From Paraspadella gotoi (taxonomy: Eukaryota; Animalia; Chaetognatha), in contig CM119266.1 in the NCBI GenBank assembly GCA_051294375.1, forward strand, positions 18,896,087-18,960,086: a stretch of 64,000 bases of DNA. The letters run 5' to 3'. How positions within the stretch are numbered: position 1 is the stretch's first letter; the number at the start of each line of letters is the position of its first letter. The translations under genes were made by a program, and so were the position numbers. Positions 37,038 through 51,225 of this stretch are shown here, piece by piece. The notes beneath the pieces are model-generated. The model was not told the origin of the DNA and did no database searches. It worked only from the letters and a program-made list of their open reading frames with translations.

Positions 37038-40000
37038 AGACCCAAATCTAACTAGGAGTACATCGAGTTAAATTCAAAAAACCTTGCATGATTAGTCCAA
37101 CAAAGCAAAAAAGTTTTTGTAGAGTAGGCAAAATGACTAAATTAAGCGAAGGTAGTAAAAAATGGCTTCTCAAAAATATGGCTAATTTCCCATGCGAATC
37201 TTCGCGATCTCGAAACTGTTCTTTTGTATGATTTTTAATGGAGACCTGGATTTTTGCTTTTGAATTTTCGATGTTTTTTAAACGAATTAATTTTCATTAA
37301 AACTTTTAAAAATTGGTTATTAAAGGCGTTATTTGAAATTAAAGTGAACTTTTTGTCGAAGTGAACTTTATCGTTTTTGTTAAATATTTATTCCAAACTT
37401 CGACATGTTTTCTTAATACTGGATAATTCCAGCTTTATTATTTGTTTGTAAATTATTTTATGTATTATATCTATATAAATTGCAATAGTTTTGTTTTATA
37501 TACTATTTAATAAGCTCCTCTGCATGTGGCAGATATCTTTTTTTATTTTCAGGTTAACGATTTGACGATTCCAAAGGATTCAAAGGAGCGGTTCCAAAAT
37601 CTTTATCTTCTTTATCTTTTTTTTAGCAGGTAAGAATTTATTGATAATCAATATCGCTAAGTCACTTTGATAATTATTTTCTAGTAAATAATTTTTTTGT
37701 GAATAGGTGGCTAGAGAGAACTTGGGCTTGAAGAGAGGGTCATCGCAACATCCATCCCGAGCTGAAGTATGGTTACGAAGGCTCAGACGACGGCAAGAAC
37801 TTGAAATGTTGTATTCAGAGATAGGTGAATTTCCAATTAACATAAAATTCTTCTTAAAAACTTTAGGTTATTGGTCAATATTGCTTATTATGCTGGATGA
37901 GCGAGCCGAACAACAGAGTGCGCATGTCGCATATAATATAAATTAAAAAATAGAATTATTTTTCTATAATCTTTATAGATTTTCTCAAATTTTAACTCAT
38001 TATAATATCATCGATTGTGTAGTTTTTTTCAGTTTTGTTGTGTTTGAGTTTAGAATAACAAAGGTAATCTTTCATTTTTCGTAATGGCCAATAAAATTTT
38101 TTATTTACATTTTAAAATTATGGACATTTTTCGCTTCGAGTCTTCATCAGGCGCAAATAAATTTGTCAAATATTTGGAATTTATAGTGAAGAGGAGAGAG
38201 AGAAAGAGAAGAGGAGAGAGAGAGAGAGAGAAAAGAAAGTTTTCACACAAAGAATTTAGAAAAGACAATGTGACAAATATTATCTCTCGCCCCAGCTATT
38301 TTTTTCCCTCTTATTTTTTTTGACCGTACTTAAGTTGTCCTCACGCATTCGCCAAATTTTTTCTAGTAAAATTCTTCGTCTTTTGGTCGTAATTGAGCGA
38401 GATCATGATCATCACTTTAGTTCGTTTTATTGATTTATAAAAAGTATGCATTCGCCCGTCCTGAACGGGATTTTTATGGACATAATATAAATAAAAGTTT
38501 CAAACTTCATCGCCACTTTTGCATTCATTCAATTTCCTCATGATTCAGAAAAGATTCATTAATAAGCCTACGTTAAACTCGCAAGGACGGACGAGCCTCA
38601 ACACGCTTGACGTCGCGAGCGTGAAATACAGAAGTATTTCACAGTGAAACTTAAGTTGAGGACGGGCGCGATGCTACTTTTTGAAAAGTCAGAAAAACGA
38701 ATTAAAGATTTATCTGTGTCTCGCCAAATATGATAAAAGATCAACAAATAGCAGAGAGTAGCGACCGAGATCATAGGATTGAGGGAGAGTTAAAAAGAAA
38801 TGAAAGTTTAATTAATAATTTTGTTGCGTTATATTAGAAATTCGAATTGCCGTTGCCAAAAACAAAAATTAAACCTTCGTTTATTCTAATATCGCGATAA
38901 ATATTCTCGTTAAGACTTTTATTTCTTTTTAGGTGTTGTATCTAACATAGCCTTGGACAATCTAAGCTCCGAACGCAACTCGAACATGAAGGCATCAAAT
39001 TCTAAGAGCAGCGTAACGTGGTTTATGTATGGCAACGGCGGACATCAGAATTGGTCATTGATTCCGCTCTTTAAACCCTCTAGCATTCCCAAACCAGTGC
39101 CGGGACAATTAGGCAAAAATAATGTCGGCTTTCTTTTACCTGAGGAAGGATGCGCGAATCGAGGTCGATCCGAGAATATCTTGGCCATTCCCTCCTCATT
39201 CAGAAGCAGCTTGTTGATCTCTCTCTCTCTCTCTCTCTCGTCATAGTTTAGCATTTTTAAAATTCACATCACTATGAAAAATTGCACGGATAAGGCTGTA
39301 CTAAAGGCCAGAACACTGTCTGTTTATTGTAAATAAAAACTCGTTGTCGAAATAATAGAATTAACAAAAAAGATTTATACATTTTAAATTCAAATGGGTA
39401 TGAAATGTTTTTATTATTAACCTTTTCAATAGTTTGTTTCAGATGGCTTTAAGGATATTCAACGAGGCAACGCAGTCTTCATCCCACATCTTTTGGAATA
39501 ATCGGCTTCAAAACTTTTCATACAATTAATATTGTAAATTCATACACAATATTTTAGTGATAGAGGTGCTATGCAACGTTCAAAAATAAAACGCTTTAAA
39601 TCCATATTTATTAGGTTGATACTAAACTTTGGTCATCTGCTGTAGTATAGCTGACTGTAATGGTGTTCGCGGCGACTAACCCCTGCAGGATCGCAATAAG
39701 ATATACATTCATTGTTTTAATGTAGTATGGTCCTATATAGTAATATTACGATTGAAATGAATAACACTTGGTTGAAACTGTTTATTGATCTTATTGAAAT
39801 AAATTTGCTTTATGTAAAAAAATAAATTTGAAATTCACATGTTAACAGATTGATAGTGATAAACATATACGGTAGATACGTCATGTATTCTTAACCAAAT
39901 AATCAAATGAGTTTTTATTATTTGTTTATAGTATTTTAACTAGAAAAAACTAGTTATTATTTTAATATTAAAATATTTTTTTATACCGGATTTCATCGTA

Positions 40001-40160
40001 ACTCGTTAATCTCATTTGCATATTCGAGTAAGCTTGGTCAGTGTACTACCTTTTGAGCTTACAGTACTCGTCATCGAAGTTCGAATTAGCATTATATGTC
40101 AGTGTGATCATATCTGCAAGGTTTTTTTGAAAATCCGAGTTTTAAGCTCACGGTTCACAA
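37038..40160. mobile_element. 3.1-kb segment absent from the mirrored copy; putative insertion
   Basis: The empty site at 52036-52043 joins the two flanks directly. Flanked by ctgagaat (37030-37) and ctaagaat (40161-68). Inverted subterminal motif ttcaaaaaaccttgca at 37073-88 and 40115-31. Confidence 0.55.
38123..38150 (-). ncRNA. Decayed minimal type-I hammerhead-like core
   Basis: CTGATGA agactcgaagc GAAA aatg TC. Stem II is one base short, and stem I does not pair. Confidence 0.3.
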
Positions 40161-41694
40161 CTAAGAATTGCCAAAGTCATCACAAAGGGAAGATTGTGAT
40201 GGTAGGAAAAAAAGGAAAAAAAGAAATAAATGGGGGGAAAAAAGAAAAAAAAGGAAGCCAGGCGAGCGGGGACGAATGGAAAGACAGGCGCCTGTAAAGG
40301 AGGGAGAGATAAGGGAGAAATGAGGAATAGATGATTGCAGATGGGCGTAGAAGATGGAAGAGGGCAAAACCTAAGGACAAAAGATAACCGAAACAATAAG
40401 AAGGGATGGAGCGAAAGACAAAGGAGAGGGTCATCGTAGAGACGAAAACAGAGGAAATGGTCCTTGTAATGGATTATAAAGATAAAGACGGGCACGTGAT
40501 GAAAGAACCGAGACTCGGGCGAAGGGGGAGACGGTTCGCTAGGAGAATACGCGGCAGCAGAGAGGAATCGATGGGGCGACTGAAATATAGAACGCGCTTC
40601 CTCGTGCGTAACGAATGCGTAACGGTTCACTACGATCAGTGTCGCCTTTTTCACGTCAGACCTCCAGGATTCACCATCACGCCCACTTTACCTCATATTC
40701 ACATCCCCCTTTTTTCACCATCGCGCAGTAAATCTAGTTATAGGACCTTAATCGCATTATGCACCATAATATTTAACTATCGCCAATATTTCAACATCAG
40801 TTTTAAAATAAAAAAAAAATCCGCATTTTTTCGATCAGTCTCCAACAGAGTTTTAAAAGGTAGTAAACTTTGACTCCTACAATACTATCGGTTCCTCTTC
40901 TCTCTCTCTTCTCATCCTCTCTCTCTCCTCTCTCTCTCTTCCTCTCTCTCTTCTCTCTCTCTCTTTCTCTCCTTCTCCCCTCTCTTCTCTTTGCGCTTGG
41001 CCCTGGCTCGCCAATTGATGTGAGTGACTCATGTTGACCCTATCAAGTGGAGTCACATGTGGAAATGAAAGAGGCGCCTGTTCTCAAAACGTCCGGGTCA
41101 CGCTCCTCTCCTCTCCTTTTCTCCCTCTCTCCTCCCTCTTCTCTCCCCCTTCAACTCCTCTACTATGACACATCACTTCTCCTGCTTCTTCTATCCATTT
41201 TTTCACCATAAGCGAATGGGCGATAACGCGGCCGTTCTTCGCGTTCACTCGACGTTTTCTCACAAAATCATTCCATCTTCACACAGACGGGTCGATGAAG
41301 GGCAAAAGTGAGGCGAGGGTATTTATGTTTACCTGTCTTGGCCCAGGTGAAAAAAAATCTGTGCAGTAGGAGAACGAGCGGGAAAAGATTTTTTTTTATT
41401 TACTGCTAGCATCTATACATAATATATTGAACAATTAATGTTTTTAGAACGAATTGTAGACAGAACTCGTGGTATCAAGTCGCACGCGGCGACGAACGAA
41501 CGAGACGGAGTAACAAACAACAAAATTCATTACTAGTTTTAGAGTTAAGCAACGTTATAGTAGGTAGTAAAATCCTTTTATGTGTTCTCCGTGACGGTTA
41601 ACATTTAAAGTCATTAAAGTCCTCATATGGTATTAAACCCTAACTATTGTACAAATATATAATGAATTGGTACAACAATATAACATTATCCAAT

Positions 41695-41939
41695 TGTAGC
41701 GAATCTAATTCGCCCCGTATAGCTTGCGAGAAGAGAGAGCTCGTTCCCATTGGCTGGACGGTTAAGTGTTGTTTAACAACATAAGCTTCTGGTTCAATCC
41801 CAACGGTCACGTTGGGTTAAGTGTGACGGCCTCGGCTTAATAATTAAGGAGACGCCCAGTGACATGGGTGGTCACTTGCTGAACCCCAGCCGTCGGGTGA
41901 TGCCTCACACCCGGTATCAACATGTCTCCCGTTGACATA
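41695..41939 (+). mobile_element. Family B element inserted in a family A remnant (~41664-41995)
   Basis: TGTAGCG...GTTGACATA flanked by caat/caat. Flanks read aattggtacaacaatata and atcc.ttcatta..gacttggac (family A). Confidence 0.75.
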
Positions 41940-42509
41940 CAATATCCAATATATCCTTCATTAATATAATTATTGTCTCCTGTGACTTGGACTCTAGCTT
42001 TTAATATTCCTTATCAATATAATCTCCTAATTTCGATTTCGTCCAATCGCTCTTCACAATTCTGGTCCCCCTCAACCCAAACAGACACCGATTTTTTTTT
42101 CCTTCATATCATCTTAATAATATCGATCGATCGTAGAGTGATGCGAAGTTGAACCGCCGAAATCAACCTTTAACAAACTTACCTTTTAAACGGAGATCCA
42201 GGCGACGGCGAAAGTGCGAGTCGGAGAATAGAGATGTAAAATATATAGTTTCTTTTGACGATACTTTACACAATTCAGGCGATGATACTAGGATTATTTA
42301 CATATTAATTTATTGAGAGACGGCGCACGTTAAATTATTGTTTCATTGAAAAGAGAGAGAATTTCTTTGTGTGGTTTTTTTTTTCTATTTTTTTTTCTCT
42401 AAATGCAATTTAATTTTGGGTCCTCTACCGAAGTCTGTTGAGTCTATTCTGGATGTTCGCCAATGCAGGAATCAATGACATATTCGGAAACACAATTCGG
42501 AAAAGAGTT

Positions 42510-42586
<77 letters not shown>

Positions 42587-45134
42587 GAAGAGAGAAGAAA
42601 ATTTTTAAAAGAAAGTTTTTTTATTCTTTTTAATTTAAATAAGATAGTTTTTTCTTGTCGTTGTTAAGTTTAAAAAAACAACGGTAGTGATCGGAAAGTT
42701 GGACAGAGGTTCCGGCGTATAATAGCAGACGACCGGAACTGTGGTTATGACGGATAGAAGTATACGGAGAAGTCAAAGTCGTAAATAACTAAAAAAAAAA
42801 AGATTAAGGACGACGTGTGACTATTGTAGACGCGACGAAAACGATCACTATGACGGGGCGGACGATACAAGAAAAGACGAAACGAAAAATAGACGACGAT
42901 GACGGCAAAGACGATGACGATGATGAGACCCGTATTAACCGATGGAGACTCTAGTCTGCGAGTGTCTCTCTATTTTTTTGTTGTTGTTGTGCTTTTTTTT
43001 GTTTGTTTTTTTTTTAAGAATTGGATCCTTTTTTCCTTCTTCTTTTTCGATGAAGGAAAGAAGTGGGAGAGAGTCTCCTCGGGCGCCGACCGGATTAGGC
43101 GCGACGTACTTCCGGCGGCGGATGGAGGACAGGGACAGAGATGGCGAGGAAGGGGCGATCTTGCAGGAACGTGAAATATTTTGCAAATTTTAAAATAGAT
43201 TTTGATTAAAGTTAGGGGTTTTAAAATATGTTTCTTTTAAGTCTCCGACGTTTATTTTATTTAATTTCAAATATTCGTTTTAACGCCATCTGAATGAAAA
43301 GTTGTAATATCTATGAACAATTTTTATTAAAAAATATTTCTGCGTAAGAACAACATTATGGTAAACTTAGTGTAATATAATACGTTTTCATTGCGCATCT
43401 TTTCAGCACATTTGTGTAACTGATTAAATTTGAATATCTATTCGCATTTAATGTTACAAAGTGTGAATGTTAAGATGAATAACCTTACTTAATTTTATCC
43501 CACGACGGAGATTTTCAGAGTTGAGACGTCGCTTGGACCGATTTGGATTATCCTTCCAACAAAAGACAGTTTTTTGTCGTAGTTTTCTTTCGGGAATTTT
43601 GTTTCCCTTTTTAATTTTTTCCTCTTTTTTGCGACTCTAGTGAATCAATTCTACATGTTGAAGTTGAGGATGAGTGATATCGACATTTTTTTTTATTTCC
43701 GCGCGGTTTTTTTCTTTTTCGTCGGCGCAAAGCTCGGACGCCGAAACGCGAGCGTCGACGCAAGAACGACGACATCAACGACCAGACGCGAGGAGAGAGA
43801 GAAGAGAGAGAGGAGAGAGAGAGAGGGCAGACGAGAGAAGAGAGAAGAGAGAGAGACGAGGAGATGAGAAGCGAAGCGAGCCGACATCGGCAAGGGACGT
43901 GAAGGAATCGTTTTTGAGAGAGAAACGGAGAAAAGAGAAGTTGGGGGGAATAAGCAGAGGGGGCGTGGCGTAGAAGAGTATTCCGGAGAAACGGTAGGAC
44001 AGTAGGTCGTGAAAAACGTGGACAAAGGGGAAAGAAATAGCTTTGCGCGAATCCGAGAGTCACAGGTCGAGGTCCGAGATATGTAAATCGCGAAACTTGA
44101 GAGAAGTTCGTCGGCATAATATTATATTTTATATTATACTTTATATTTAAATTTCGTTTGTTTGGTAAACGGGAAGGCGCTGGACACCAAATAAAACTCA
44201 AATTTGAAACCCCCAAAAAATTTCTTCCGCGATTTTGAACAAAAAAAATCAATAAAAAAAGTTTTCATCACAATGTTTATGTTTTTGTTTGTTTTGTTTT
44301 CCATCGTGGAATCGAGATTTTTCAAGATCGACAATATTCCCGCAAAACGAGGATCTGGAGAAAAAAGGGGGAGATATGTTTAAAAATAGGAAAATATTGA
44401 ATTATTAAATTAAAATTATATAGACTTAATTAAAAATCGAGTGAAATGATGATGACGATTGGATTAATTCAAAAACGAAATAAAAGAATCTCTCTCTCTC
44501 CTCTCTCTCTCCCTCTTCTCTCTCTTCATCCGTTCGAGATTCTCCTCCTAATATTTGTAAAGGGCAATTCTCTCTCTTTTTCGAGGGGCGAGAAGGGATA
44601 GAGAATGAGAGAGAGAGAGCAGAGGAGAGAGAGAAGGAGAGCAGACGAGAGAGAGAGGAGAGAGAGAGAATCTGTTCGATAGAGAAAAAATTCTCTCCCG
44701 AAAAAAGAGTAACTTAGAAAAGTAACGAGAGCAAAGTAGTATAGAAAGTGGAGCCAGAAGGGAACGGAAATTTTGCGGCCGCCGGTCCTACCCGGTTCCA
44801 AATATCTCTCTCTCTCTTCTTCTCTACTCTCTCTTCTCTCTCTCTCTCTCCTTCTCTCTCTCTTCTTTCTCTCTCTTCTCTCTCTCATCGTTCTTTGACT
44901 TTTTTACTATTTTACAATTTTAATGGCTTTCCCTCCACTTATCCTTTCGCCGCGCCACAACCACCAAAATAGAACCTCGTTCGCCTGGAGAAATGAGAGA
45001 GAGACGACGACCGACGACGCACTGATTATCGACGGACAACGTCATGACTTTCAAAAAGCATATATCTAAGACACGATTTCCCTGGAAGTTAAATGCAGTC
45101 GCAGTAGCGCAGAGAGGTGAGAGAAGAGAGGAGA

Positions 45135-45187
<53 letters not shown>

Positions 45188-45835
45188 AGAGAGAAGAGAG
45201 AGAGAGACAGGAGAGAATTCGGTAGCAAAGGCCAGACGTTAATGTAAGACGCGTCAGGGTTTAAGCGTCTCGATCGCCGGCAGAAGCAGCAGAGTCGTCG
45301 TCGTCGTCGTCGTTTTCGTCGTCGTCGGCGACGACGGACCCGACTCGAAAACCTGGCAGAGGACGTCGCGTCAGCGGCGCGAGGACAGCAGCGGCGCGAG
45401 GACAGCAGCGGCGGACGAAGATCAACAAGTCAAAAAACGCAGACGGTCTCGGCTCGATGTAAGTACATGAGAAGAACTCTTTTTTTTTTCCGTTATAAAA
45501 AGAAAAAACGAAAGAAAAATAAGAAAAAGAAAGGAAAATAAAGAAAGAAAACGAAAAAAGGAAAAGGAAAAAAAAGGGGAAAAAAAAGAGAGAGAGAAAA
45601 AAAAGAAAACTAGGCTTAATTCAGATTAAAACTAAGAATAAAGATACAGAATTATAAAATGTTGTTAAAATTTCCGCTTGTTTGAATATATTATTTATTG
45701 TTTTCAGAATATTAACTGAATCGTTAATATGCATTATTATTACCATTATATATCTTGTATATGATTAGAGTAGCTATTTTCTTTCGTAATTTTCTCACTT
45801 TTTTCACGATTTTTTTTTTAGGAATCTCTGTTTCA

Positions 45836-45927
<92 letters not shown>

Positions 45928-45966
45928 TCCCTTCATTGTTAGTTTCTTTCAAGGTCTCCTTCATTT

Positions 45967-46031
<65 letters not shown>

Positions 46032-47444
46032 GTTAAAAAAAAATCGTGAAAAAAAGTGAGAAAATTACGAAAGAAAATAGCTAACTCTAATCATATACAA
46101 GATATATAATGGTAATAATAATGCATATTAACGATTCAGTTAATATTCTGAAAACAATAAATAAATATATTCAAACAAGCGGAAATTTTAAACAACATTT
46201 TTATAATTCTGTATCTTTATTCTTAGTTTTTAATCTGAATTAAGCCTAGTTTTCTTTTTTTCTCTCTCTCTCTTTTTTTTCCCCTTTTTTTTCCTTTTTC
46301 TTTTTTCGTTTTCTTTTCTTTTATTTTCCTTTTCTTTTTCTTATTTTTCTTTCGTTTCTTTCTTTTTATAAGGAAAAAAAAAAAGAAAGTTCTTCTCATG
46401 TACTTAACATCGAGCCGAGACCGTCTGCTTCTTTTGACTTGTTGATCTTCGTCCGCCGCTGCTGTCCTCGCCGCCGCTGCTGTCCTCGCCGCCGCTGACG
46501 CGACGTCCTCTGCCCAGGGTTTTCGAGTCTGGGTCCGTCGTCGCCGACGACGACGAAAACGACGACGACGACGACNNNNNNNNNNNNNNNNNNNNNNNNN
46601 NNNNNNNNNNNNNNNNNNNNNNNNNNNNNNNNNGAGAGGAGGAGAGAATAGAGAAGGAGGAGAGAGGAGAGAGAGAGAGGGAGAGAGAGAGAGAAGAAGA
46701 GAGAGGAGAGAGGGAGAGAGAGAGAAGAGACAGAGAGAGAATTCGCGTAGCAAAGGCCAGACGTTAATGTAAGACGCGTCAGGGTTTAAGCGTCTCGATC
46801 GCCGGCAGAAGCAGCAGCTCTCAACCTCTCTGCGCTACTGCGACTGCATTTAGACTTCCAGGGAAATCGTGTCTTAGATATATGCTTTTTGGAAAGTCAT
46901 GACGTTGTCGTCGATAATCGTCGTCGTCGTCGTCGTCGTCTCTCTCATTTCCTCCAGGGCGAACGAGGTTTCTATTTTTGGTGGTTGGTGCCGGCGAAAG
47001 GATAAGTGGAGGGAAAGCATTAAAATGTAAAAATGTAAAAAAGTCAAAGAAACGNNNNNNNNNNNNNNNNNNNNNNNNNNNNNNNNNNNNNNNNNNNNNN
47101 NNNNNNNNNNNNNNNNNNNNNNNNNNNNNNNNNNNNNNNNNNNNNNNNNNNNNNNNNNNNNNNNNNNNNNNNNNNNNNNNNNNNNNNNNNNNNNNNNNNN
47201 NNNNNNNNNNNNNNNNNNNNNNNNNNNNNNNNNNNNNNNNNNNNNNNNNNNNNNNNNNNNNNNNNNNNNNNNNNNNNNNNNNNNNNNNNAGAGAGAGAGA
47301 TATTTGGAAGCCGGGTGAGGACCGGCGGCCGCCAAAATTTCCGTTTCCCTTCTTGGCTCTCACCTTTCTATACTTACTTTGCTTCTCGTTACTTTTTCTA
47401 AGTTACTCTTTTTTCGGGAGAGAATTTTTTCTCTATCGAACGAG

Positions 47445-47529
<85 letters not shown>

Positions 47530-47587
47530 TCTCCTTCGAAAAAGAGAGAGAATTGCCCTTTACAAATTATTAGGAGGGAGAATCTCG

Positions 47588-47631
<44 letters not shown>

Positions 47632-48222
47632 ATTTCGTTTTGAATTAATCATCGTCATCATCATTTTCACTCGATTTTAATTAATCTAATAATTTTAATT
47701 TTAATTAATTCAATAATTTTTCCTATTTTTTAAACATATCTCCCCTTTTTTCTCCAGATCCTCGTTTTGCGGGAATATTGTCGACTTTGAAAAATCGTCG
47801 ATTCCACGGATGGAAAAACAAAACAAAAACAAAACATTGTGGATGAAAATTTTTTTTATTGATTTTTTTTTGTTTCAAAATCGCGGGAAGAAATTTTTTT
47901 GGGGGTTTCAAATTTGAGTTTTATTTTGTGTCTCAGCGCTTCCCGTTTTACCAAACAAACGAGAATATTAAACTAACAAATAATTGATGCCGACGAACTT
48001 CTCTCAAAGTTTCGCGATTTACATCTCGGACGTCGACCTGTGACTCTCGGATTCTCCAAAGCTATTTCTTTCCCCTTTGTCCACGTTTTTCACGACCTTA
48101 CCTTCCTTACCTTTCTCCGAATACTCTTCTACGCCACGCCCCCTCTGCGTTATTCCCCCCCAACTTCTCTTTTCCCGTTTCTCTCTCAAAAACGATTCCT
48201 TCACGTCCCTTGCCGGATTCGC

Positions 48223-48280
<58 letters not shown>

Positions 48281-48961
48281 GTCGTCGTTGATGTCGTCGT
48301 TTCTTGCGTCGACGCTCGCGTTTGTGCGTCCCGAGTTTTGGGCGCGACGAAAAAAAAAAAAAAAGCCGCGCGAAATAAAAAAAAATGTCGATATTCACAA
48401 CTTCAACATGTGAGAATTGATTCACTAGAGTCACAAAAAGAGGAAAAAAATTAAAAAGGGAAACAAAATCCCGAAAGAAAACTACGACAAAGAAACTGCG
48501 TTTTGTTGGGAACGGAAATCCAAATCGGTTGCCAAGCGACGTCTCAACTCTGAAAATCTCCGTCGTGGGATGAAAAATTAAGGTAAGAGTTTCATTCTTA
48601 ACATTCACACGTTTGTAACATTAATGCGAATAGATATTCAAATTTAATCAGTTACACAAATTGTCTTGAAGAAGATGCGCAATGAAAACTATTACTTATT
48701 AACTAAGTTTACCATAATTTTGTTCTTACCGCAGATAATTTTTTTAATAAAATTGTTCATAGATTATTACAATCTTTTCATTCAGATGGCGTTTAAAACG
48801 AATATTTGAAATGAATAAAATAAACGTCGGAGACTTAAAAAGAAACAATTTTAAAACCCCTGACTTTTAATCAAATCTTATTTTAATAATTTCAAAATAT
48901 TTTCACGTTCCCTGACAGATCGCCCCTTCCCGCCATCTCTGTCCCTGTCCTCCATCCGCCG

Positions 48962-48975
48962 CCGGAAGTGACGTC
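48962..48975. promoter_or_regulatory. Overlapping ETS/CRE motif CCGGAAGTGACGTC (mirror at ~43105)
   Basis: Exact composite motif in a CpG-rich patch. Confidence 0.4.
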
Positions 48976-49510
48976 TCGCTCTCAATCCGGTCGGCGCCCG
49001 AGGAGACTCTCTCCCACTTCTTTCCTTCATCGAAAAGAAAGAAGGAAAAAACGGATCCAATTCTTAAAAAAAAAAACAAAAAAAACAACAACAACAACAA
49101 AAAAAGAGAGGACACTCGCAGACGTAGAGTTCGTCATCGGTTTAATACGGGTCTCATCATCGTCATCGTCTTTGCCGTCATCGTCGTCTTTTTTCGTTTC
49201 GTCTTTTCTTCGTCATCGTCGCCCGTCATAGTGATCGTTTTCGTCGCGTCTAGTCAATAGTCACACGTCGTCGTTAATTCTTTTTTTTTTAGTTATTTTA
49301 CCGACTTTGACTTCTCCGTATACTCTATCCCGTCATACTCACAGTTCCGGTCGTCTGCTTATTATACGACCGAACCTTCTGTCCAACTTTTCCGATCACT
49401 ACCGTTGTGTTTTTTAAATCTTTAACATCGACAAGAAAAAACTATCTTATTTAAATTAAAAGAAAAAAAAACTTTCTTTTAAAATTCTTTCTTTCTCTCT
49501 CTCTCTCTCT

Positions 49511-49581
<71 letters not shown>

Positions 49582-50169
49582 AACTCTTTCCCCGAATTTG
49601 TGTTTCCGGAATTTTTGTACATTGATTCCTTGCATTGCGAACATCCAAATAAGACTCAACAGACTTCGGGAGACCAAAATTTAAATTGAATTTAGAGAAA
49701 AAAAAATAGAAAAAAAAAACCACACAAATTGAAATTCTCTCTCTTTTCAATGAAACAAAATTTAAAACGTGCGCCGTCTCTCAATAAAATAATATGTAAA
49801 AATCGTAGTATCATCGCCTGGAATTTGTAAAGTGTCGTCAAAGAAACTATATATTTTACATTCTCTATCTCCGACTCGCACTTTTCGCCGTCGTCTGGAT
49901 TCTCTCGTTTAAAGGTAAGTTTGTTAAAGGTTGATTTCGGGGTCGGTTCACTTCGCATCACTTCTCACGATCGATCGATGATTTTAAGATGATATGAATG
50001 TGAAAAAAAAAATCGTGTCTCGTTTGGGTTGAGGGGGACAGAATTTGTGAAGAGCGATTGGACGAAATCGAAAATTAGGAGATTTAATTGATAAGGAATT
50101 AATTAAAAGCTAGTAGTCCAAAGTCAGGAGCAAGATAATTATATTTAATGAATGGATAATTGGATATTG

Positions 50170-50422
50170 TATGTCAACGGGGAGACATGTGTGATACCCG
50201 GGGTGTGAGGCATCTCCCGACGGCTGGGGTTCAGCAGTGACCACCCCATGTCACTGGCGTCTTTAATGTTTAAGCCGAGGCCGTCACACTTTAACCCAAC
50301 GTGACCGTTTGGGGATTGAACCAGGAACTTATGGTTGGTTAACAAGCACTTAGCTGTCCAAGCCAATGGGACGAGCTCTCTTTCTCCAAGCTATACGGGA
50401 GGCGAATTTAGGATTCGCTACA
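50170..50422 (-). mobile_element. Mirror copy of the 41695-41939 family B element
   Basis: Part of the large inverted duplication; flanked by attg/attg. Confidence 0.75.
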
Positions 50423-51157
50423 ATTGGATAATTGTTATATTGGTTGTACCAATTTCATTATATACTGTACAATAGGTTAGGGGTTTAATACCATATGAGG
50501 ACTTTAATGACTTTAAAGTTAACCGTCACGAGGAACAATAAAAGGATTTTACTACCTACTATAACGTTGCTTAACTCTAAAACTAGTAATGAATTTCTGT
50601 TTGTTTGTTACTCGTCTCGTGCCGTCGGTCGCGCGTGGCGACTTGATTACCACGAGTTCTGTCCTACAATTCGTTCAAAAACGTTTATTGTTCAAATATA
50701 TGTATGTATGATGCTAGAGTAAATAAAAAAAAATCTTTTTCCCGCTCGTTCTCCTACTGCAAAGATTTTTTTTTCACCTGGGCCAAGACAGGTAATACAT
50801 AAAATCCTCGCCTCCACTGTTTCCCTTCACGACTCCGGTCTTGTGAAGATGGAATGATTTTGTGAGAAAACGTCGAGTGAACCGAAGAACGCCGCGTTAC
50901 GCCCATTCGCGTTATGGTGAAAATGGGATAAGAAGAATGAGGGGGAGAAAGGCTGAGTCTGTTTATAGTGAGAGGGAGTTGAGGAGGAGAGGAAGAGGAG
51001 GAGGAGAGGGAGAGAAGGAGAGGGAGAGGAGGGTGACCCGGGGACGTTTTGAGTAACAAGGCGCCTCCTTTCATTTCCACATGTGACTCCGACTTGATAG
51101 GGTCAACTATGAGTTCACTCACATCAATTGGCGAGCCGAGGCATAGCGCAAGAGAAG

Positions 51158-51225
<68 letters not shown>

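Noticed and set aside
39139-39182. CTGAGGA-ggat..atcc-GAGA hammerhead-like string
   Set aside because: GAAA core is broken and stem I does not pair.
41745-41812. tRNA gene
   Set aside because: A/B-box-like words only; no cloverleaf, and it lies inside a repeat element.
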